DNA from: Octopus vulgaris
Lineage: Eukaryota
DNA: 64,000 nt
Reading direction: 5' to 3'
NCBI GenBank assembly: GCA_951406725.2
Contig: OX597837.1
Span: forward strand, 1,736,001 to 1,800,000
How positions within the stretch are numbered: position 1 is the first letter of the stretch; the number at the start of each line of letters is the position of its first letter. Below are positions 56,572 to 64,000 of this stretch, piece by piece. The position numbers and the translations under genes were made by a program. The notes beneath the pieces were generated by a model that saw nothing but the letters and a program-made list of their open reading frames with translations, was not told the origin of the DNA and made no database searches.

Positions 56572-56791
56572 TAAAATCAAAATAAGCAACAAGGATATCC
56601 AGAGGTAATGCAGTACGATCGTATTGCATTACCTCTGGATATCCTTGTTGCTTATTTTGACTTTAATCACCTTGTTTTGAAATTATATGGATAATACCGC
56701 ACTAAATTCTGGTGCCTCAACTTAAGTACTATATTCATCTGAATCTAAACTTTTGCTGAACACATCTACCATACCCATAGTATATTATATT

Positions 56792-56795
<4 letters not shown>
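56572..56795. mobile_element. (TA)n-embedded element starting with an 84-bp palindrome
   Basis: 56577-56660 is self-complementary (one G:T pair) and centred on CGATCG. Confidence 0.8.
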
Positions 56796-57271
<476 letters not shown>

Positions 57272-57298
57272 ACACACACACATATATATATATCTATA

Positions 57299-57338
<40 letters not shown>

Positions 57339-57705
57339 AACACATATATATTGTATAATAAAAAAGTCAATTAGTAATACGGAAAATTCTACTCCATATT
57401 CAGATGTAACATTTCCAAGTCTGTTAACATCAAAGAAATATACAGATATAGTTTTGTACTTACTCACATTTTGCTGGTCGTAATGATCGTCACGATTACG
57501 ATTATGACTAAACGCCATGACGATGATGATGATGATGGTTATGGTCGCTATAGTTTATCATCATAATCAGATCAATATTTTTTCTATCAATTCCCACACC
57601 TTGCTCTCTCTATGCGTAGTGTATTCCATACTACGATCACACACACAAATACATTGTTGTATGCTCCACACCAAAAATAACTTCCCCACGCTGAACAAAG
57701 TATTT

Positions 57706-57764
<59 letters not shown>

Positions 57765-57897
57765 CATACATATATATATATATTCGCTTCTTGATTATGT
57801 CCATATTTAGAAAGAAAGAAGAATTATGACGTACGCATAGACACTGTTATATAGTTGAAATTAACGTGTAGGTGGGTGTAAATGTCTCTCTCTCACT

Positions 57898-57959
<62 letters not shown>

Positions 57960-57960
57960 T

Positions 57961-58500
57961 TACTATTTTACTCGTTTCGGAGCCATGTCGCTGCGGTCAT
58001 GCTGGAGCATCACCGTGGTCTTGCTGATTTTCTCAGTCTGGGGTGTTTTACATCACCACACCTCTATGTGCCTTTGTCCCAGCTGTTGGCCCATTCGTGT
58101 ATAAGGGAGTTTGATTCCGTTGCCCTCGTCTGCACCTCATGTCGGGCAGTTGGTTCATCCGGTGTTGTGGAAGGGAGGATGTCTAGTTCCTCTTTGAAGA
58201 CATCTACTTCCTTCCTATGCAAATTTCATAATTTTTGTGACAGGGTATTGAAGAGCTGAGGGCCTTTGAACCCTAGACTATTGCAGTACCTTATCCTGAA
58301 TTTAGATGGAGTGGATGGTAACTTTGGTACAATACAATGGCGGCCAGTTCTAGCATTTGTTTAACGCTGGATGCCAAAATTAAGTACTTGCCCTCCTAGG
58401 ATTTTCAATATGTATATTATTGCATATCTCTAACGCTTCACTCCAGGGAGTAAAGCTGTAGTTTTCTCAGCCTATCCCTGTCGCTCATCTGCTGCACTGT
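57961..58500 (-). mobile_element. 5'-truncated CR1/L2-group LINE (ORF2 C-terminus plus 3' tail)
   Basis: Minus remnants DRLRKLQLYSLE...RYAIIYILKILGG...RTGRHCIVPK...NSLGFKGPQLFNTL...VFKEELD...PDEP, typical of CR1-group ORF2 ends. Confidence 0.85.
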
Positions 58501-58776
58501 TTCAAACATTTAAGTTGTTAAACTACTGTATATATGTTCACACACACACACAAATATATGTGTGTGTATCGGATTATATGCACACACATAGACAGACAGA
58601 CTGACAGATAGATAGGTACAAAGACTGACAGGCAGACATACAAGTCGATAGACAGATAGAAAAATATAATAATACTTTTCAGTATAAATTTGCATATACA
58701 AGTAGATGTGTATTTAAACTAAAGCGCTCTCCTGTATGGTTAGTAATTTACACACTTGTATATGTTCAAAACAGCG

Positions 58777-58815
<39 letters not shown>

Positions 58816-59459
58816 GTACATCGTACATATATACACCGTTACTTGTGTGTACCTATGTGTGTAACTCTTCGTGTAGGTGAGCGCGTAAGAATATCATTAT
58901 GAATGCACAATTCCTTGAGGTTGCAAATTTTTCCATGTGTCTATCGTAAAATCCATTTGTACGAAGCTCTCAAAATATCAGTAACAACAACAACAACAAC
59001 AGAAACGACATTAATTAGAAAAACGAAAAGAAAAACATTAACCTAACGATAGAATTTTCTGGGTAAAAAAATAACAAAGAAATTTCCCTGAAAGAACGGA
59101 GTTAAAAAAAGAAGGAAACAAAAAAGTTTCTGATAAGGAATACTTGTAAAATGTTGCCAATTATTCTTGGATTCATTTCTTTGGAGTTAAACTTTACACA
59201 TAAACGATAGATATATACATGCACATATTTATATATGCATATACACATTTGTGTATTCGTGTGTGTGTGTGTGTTCCTACGTGTATATGTACGTGCGCAC
59301 GCTTGTGAGTGTATGTGTATGTGTTATATATATATGCCGGTAATATTAGTGTAACTTTTTTGTAAAGTTTATCGTGAGTGACGTGGCAAAATTGTATAGA
59401 CAAATAGATAAACGGATAGATAGGCAGATAGATAGATAGATATATAGATAGATAGATAA

Positions 59460-59539
<80 letters not shown>

Positions 59540-60029
59540 AATCAAGGATGTACTTTCATTTTTCTTTTTTCGTGGGTGGTTGTGATCTCTAAAATCACCA
59601 AAAACGCACACCTGGTACGATTGATTCCTTGCAACACAAGAAACGTCGTTAAACACATCCACAAATTATAGAGTGGTGTTTGATCAAGCGACATTTTAAA
59701 TCTTTGTAACAAAAACTCAAAAACCGGAGCAAATAACACAAGTTGTGAAGACTGACGATTTAACGCTCCATCATCTTGCTGTGGTCCTTTATTTGCCACT
59801 CTCGAAAGATTAAATTGATCACGGTCGGATACGAACTCAGTATACAGAGTTATATTTAAGAACGCTCTAACCACTCAGCTAAGTGACCACCGTATTTCCG
59901 GACTGTGAAACAGTAAAATAGTAAAATAACTGGACTATGCATTGTCGCCAGTGTAGTTATTTAAGTATAGACAGTTAATGTTGTAGTAATGGTAGAATTC
60001 CGAATAAAGGTATTTGTAGATAGAACGGT

Positions 60030-60260
60030 ACCTGAAGAGCAGATGAAGCTGGATCAAACAGATCTGGTGTTTGCCGATAATTACTTAATCAGATGAAGTT
60101 CAGAATAGAATGCTGAGATGATCTTCGCAGATACTCCAAGATTTGCTTGGAAACATTTTTGTTCTTACCCACTACTGATCCTCAAGAGATTACAAAGATT
60201 GGTGTACCATCAACTGAGCTGTCTACCGATAGGAAACTGTGAATCCATGTGACCATCCAA
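60030..60260 (+). pseudogene. Possible degraded LINE RT fragment
   Basis: TDLVFADN resembles the RT catalytic DLxFADD motif; the remainder is broken. Confidence 0.3.
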
Positions 60261-60271
60261 TGATAATAATA

Positions 60272-60690
60272 ATCCTTCCTGTTAGGGGCAGAAGACCTGA
60301 AATTTTGGGGTTGGTGAATAGTCAATTACATTGACTCCAGTGCTCAACTGGTATTTTGCCGACTCCGAGTTGATGAAAAGCAAAGTCGACCATGGTGGAA
60401 TTTGAACTCAGGACTTAAAGCCGGAATAAATGGCACTCAGCATTTTGTTCGACAGGCTGAAGATTCGCCACCTTAAGAATTATTCTAATTTTGGCACAAA
60501 TCCAGCATTTTTATGAGGGGTTAGTCAATTTCATCGATCCCAGTGCTTAATTTGTACTTATTTTATCGATCATGATTAGCTGGAAGGCAAAGTCGATGTC
60601 GGCGGAACTTGAACTCTGAATGTGAAGACGGACGAAATGCTGCTTCACCCTGTGTCCAGCGTAATAACGATTCTGCCAACTCGGCACCTT
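60272..60690 (-). mobile_element. Two tandem diverged SINE family A copies
   Basis: gcaaagtcgac...ttgaactc occurs twice (about 60380 and 60587). Confidence 0.8.
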
Positions 60691-61470
60691 ATTATAATGG
60701 TTTTTCTTTAACCACGCAGGCCATTACGAGATGAAATGGTGGCACTTTGTATTGAATATGAAAACCAGAAATGAAAATGAAATGGAAGTGGCCATAATTA
60801 GTGGGAATACGTCTCTAAACTCAAGGAGGATACCCCAAAGGTCTAATATTTTCTTGACTAGGAAAAGTAAATACCTTCTCGAAAATGACAACGGTCGGCC
60901 ACACCTCCTGCCGCCTGTCTCCTTTTCGGAGCAATCGCGTTCTCCCCAGACCATGCTAGCAAATTGCTGCCAACCACGTTTTCAGTAAATAAAGAGAGAC
61001 ATGGAATTTAACGACAGCAGGAAATTCTTGAGATTAAATAATTTGGTAAGTCGAATTTAATAGAATCGAGAGAAGGAACCTAAATGAAATTTTATGGTTT
61101 ATGGAATAAAGTAAAAACAAAAATTGTACAATACAGCAATTATATTAAAGAATTTACAAGGAAGAAGGAAATGGAGGGAACTTGACAAGTGACAAAAATG
61201 ATCACCATTACACGCATACATACGGTACATTAGCCGCACACACACACACACATACGTATATGCATACATACACACGGAGAAATATATAGAAAATTAAAGT
61301 GGCATTGTAAAATTGTTGACAATTGTCAATAGGGAGATTAAATACTTAGACAGGAACCGGAAGTGTATAAAGTGAGTCAATTTATTGAGAGGAACTCTGT
61401 AAAGAAAAGTAAAGAAATATAAAATACATCGAAAATTAATAATGAGATATATGCAAAATTCCTAAGTGAT

Positions 61471-61525
<55 letters not shown>

Positions 61526-62216
61526 ATGTATGTACACGCACACATATATACACAAATACGCGCGAGCATACAATATTGGAGATTGTTGGCAACAACATCG
61601 GTTTTTGTACATGATGGTCTTCCATTTTTTAAGATGGTTGAATGTTTGATCGCAAAGAAATCCGATGGGTTATTCCCAGTTTCAGTAAACATATGACTGA
61701 AAGCCCAGCAACCATGTATATCAGGTACTACATTTTATGAAATCCTTCTATTTCGTAGGCGATCGATTATAGTTTAATGGAAATTTGACAGCTCTTTCTA
61801 GCAAGCCGGTATCCCGTTCACAGAAACCCTTAGTTGCTGCTGTTTAGCGCCGGATTAATTCTGCTTGAATTGACTTCATGATAAAACGCGACGCAGCTGT
61901 GATCACGTGACCTTTGATATAACAGAGACTAAAATGTCTCGTGTATCTATTTTTAAATTTGTAGCATGTATAATCCGAGGGAGATTTAGTTGCTGTTTCG
62001 AACACTTCGCAAATTTCCTGAGCTGTTTTGCCTTTGGTTTCATCGTGTAGTAAACCAAAGTTTACGTTGTGCGATGTCTCAAAGTCCTTAGTTACGGAAT
62101 ATAAAAAGGCAATATAAATCATAGCACCAGATGTTAGATATGGTTGTAATATACACAAGGGGACGAACACAAAACAAGACCACAAGAATATATGGACTTG
62201 TAGCTATTTTTACACG

Positions 62217-62260
<44 letters not shown>

Positions 62261-62263
<3 letters not shown>

Positions 62264-62475
62264 CACTGATGAAGGAAGGATCCTTTTGGATTAATCCAGA
62301 AATCAGTCCGATTCGGGGATGAAGGAATTTTAAAACTTTTCCGTTAGCTTGCTTTCCTCGTTTCAATATACTGTAATTATAGTGAAAAATATTGTGTGGT
62401 TAGACGATCCAAGGTCTATTTTCAGCATATTGGCATAGATTTGTTTCTTTTGCCATTATTTGTATTATATATACA
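62261..62475 (+). mobile_element. TA-embedded Penelope-like pLTR fragment starting with a hammerhead motif (62262-62312)
   Basis: atca | CTGATGA | agga...tggattaatcca | GAAA | tcag | TC | cgat. The core is intact, and the stems look like transition/CpG-decayed atcg/cgat and ccgg. Confidence 0.55.
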
Positions 62476-63104
62476 TACTGTAATGACAGCTGGTCTTTCT
62501 TAAGAATATTTTTTTATTTTTCTGGAAAAAAAAAGATAAAACGTTTTACTTTCATCTTATTCGGTTTTGAACCATGGTCAGGATGTTTTACAGTTCCTTA
62601 TTTGTGCACAACTTAACCCCTGGCCTACTGGGTCCTCTTTTAAGGTCTGAAATAAGAGGAATAATGAAAATACGTTTAAATATCCTATTTTTAAATTGAT
62701 TTCAGATGCTGCATTGATGGTTGTTTGGGTAAATGGCCTGTAAGTAATCATGATAGATGGGTAGAGGTTTCAACTAGTCCTATGAATTTATATAGACATA
62801 AAAAAGTAAAAGACGTACAATTTCCATTTCCACTATGCTTAGTATTGAACCATGGACAGAATCTTCCATCTAAGCTGTTCTTCTGCCTCACCATTCCATT
62901 AAACCACAAATTTATTGGGTCCCCCACTTCTAGATTCAGTGAGAAATGAGATATTTAAATCTATCACAGCATCAGACCTTTTATGTGAATAGATTCAAAT
63001 ATCACTCTTTTAAGCTTGTCTTTGTTGCTGCTGAGAGGACCCCCCCCCTGGATAAAGGCGTTGATAATTAACACCAATAACACGCACGCACACGCATACA
63101 CAAA

Positions 63105-63440
63105 TTCTATCTTTTAATTCTTTCAATTATCAGACTGCAGCTATCGTGGGGCAGCATCCTGAAGAATTTTCAGTCAGATGAATCAAGCCAAGTACTTCCT
63201 CTTTTAAGCCTGGTACTCATTCTATCGGTCTCTTTTGCTGAAATGCTATGTTACGGAGACATAACCACACTAACATTGGTTGCCAAGCGATGGTGGTGGG
63301 ACAAACACAAAGACACAGACACACACATAAACACACACACACACACACACACACAATTTCCGTCTACCAAATCCACTCACAAAGTCTAGGGTAAAGCAAG
63401 TTGTACAAGGTATCACGCAGTGGAACTGAACCTGGATCCA
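63105..63440 (-). mobile_element. SINE family B, diverged and internally deleted
   Basis: aagcctggtactcattctatcggtctcttttgctgaa...tttccgtctaccaaatccactcacaa...gaactgaacctgga. Confidence 0.8.
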
Positions 63441-63536
63441 TATATACACATGTATATACACTTACATACATATATGTGTTTGTGTATGTGTGTATGTATA
63501 TATATAAATATATATATGTATGTGTGTGTAAGCATG

Positions 63537-63567
<31 letters not shown>

Positions 63568-63690
63568 ACGTGTGTATATGTGTATGTATGTCTATATATA
63601 TAAATATATATATATGTGTATATATATGTATATATATATATATATATAAATATATGTGTGTGTACATAAATTTGTATGTATGTATCTCTT

Positions 63691-63747
<57 letters not shown>

Positions 63748-63751
<4 letters not shown>

Positions 63752-64000
63752 CAACAATTGAGGGTAAAATTAATTAATTATTAATCAATTTCACCAAGTA
63801 TTCAGTATGTAAAGGGACCATTTAAGGCAAATTCAAATTATTACATTATATAAAAGGGCTTAGTAAAATAAATTACTTTGCCACATACTGAACTCATTAG
63901 AAATAGTAGCTAAAAAAACTTTTTTTAAAACTATTTCTAATACTTAAAGAAAATCTCTCTCATATAGTGTTTGCTCAATTCAACTCACGAAAGTATGGGG
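63748..64000. mobile_element. (TA)n-adjacent AT-rich insert with internal hairpins; runs off the window
   Basis: Inverted pairs ttcagtatgt/acatactgaa and attagaaatagt/actatttctaat; same context as the other TA inserts. Confidence 0.35.

Noticed and set aside
60721-60988. 85-aa ORF after a plausible acceptor (ttttctttaaccacgcag)
   Set aside because: The phase compatible with the FAS1 exon stops quickly, and the open frame has no recognisable domain.

Overview
This is AT-rich, microsatellite-saturated animal genomic DNA. The SINE families match those I recall from octopus (coleoid cephalopod) genomes; this is recognition from memory, not a database result. Only one convincing host coding exon was found: 148 bp on the + strand (31712-31859), encoding the C-terminal H2 motif of a fasciclin (FAS1) domain. 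The rest is probably two very large introns. Almost all ORFs in the supplied track are microsatellite translations. The introns contain at least four tRNA-derived SINE families, truncated LINEs (R4/Dong-like, Tx1-like, CR1/L2-like, RTE-like), MITEs, and several (TA)n-embedded fold-back elements with degenerate minimal hammerhead-ribozyme motifs (Penelope-like pLTR remnants). The main patterns are: (1) retroelements sort by microsatellite type (R4/Dong in (TAA)n, one Tx1-like family in (TATC)n and a relative in (TTA)n, Penelope-like in (TA)n), and some of these targets are SINE tails or SINE-internal repeats; (2) an 84-bp palindrome is centred exactly on a hammerhead stem-III-like CGATCG; (3) a SINE and a CR1/L2-like LINE share a 3' tail; (4) an inverted SINE pair flanks the single exon. 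All coordinates were read by eye, and repeat boundaries may be off by 5-20 bp.
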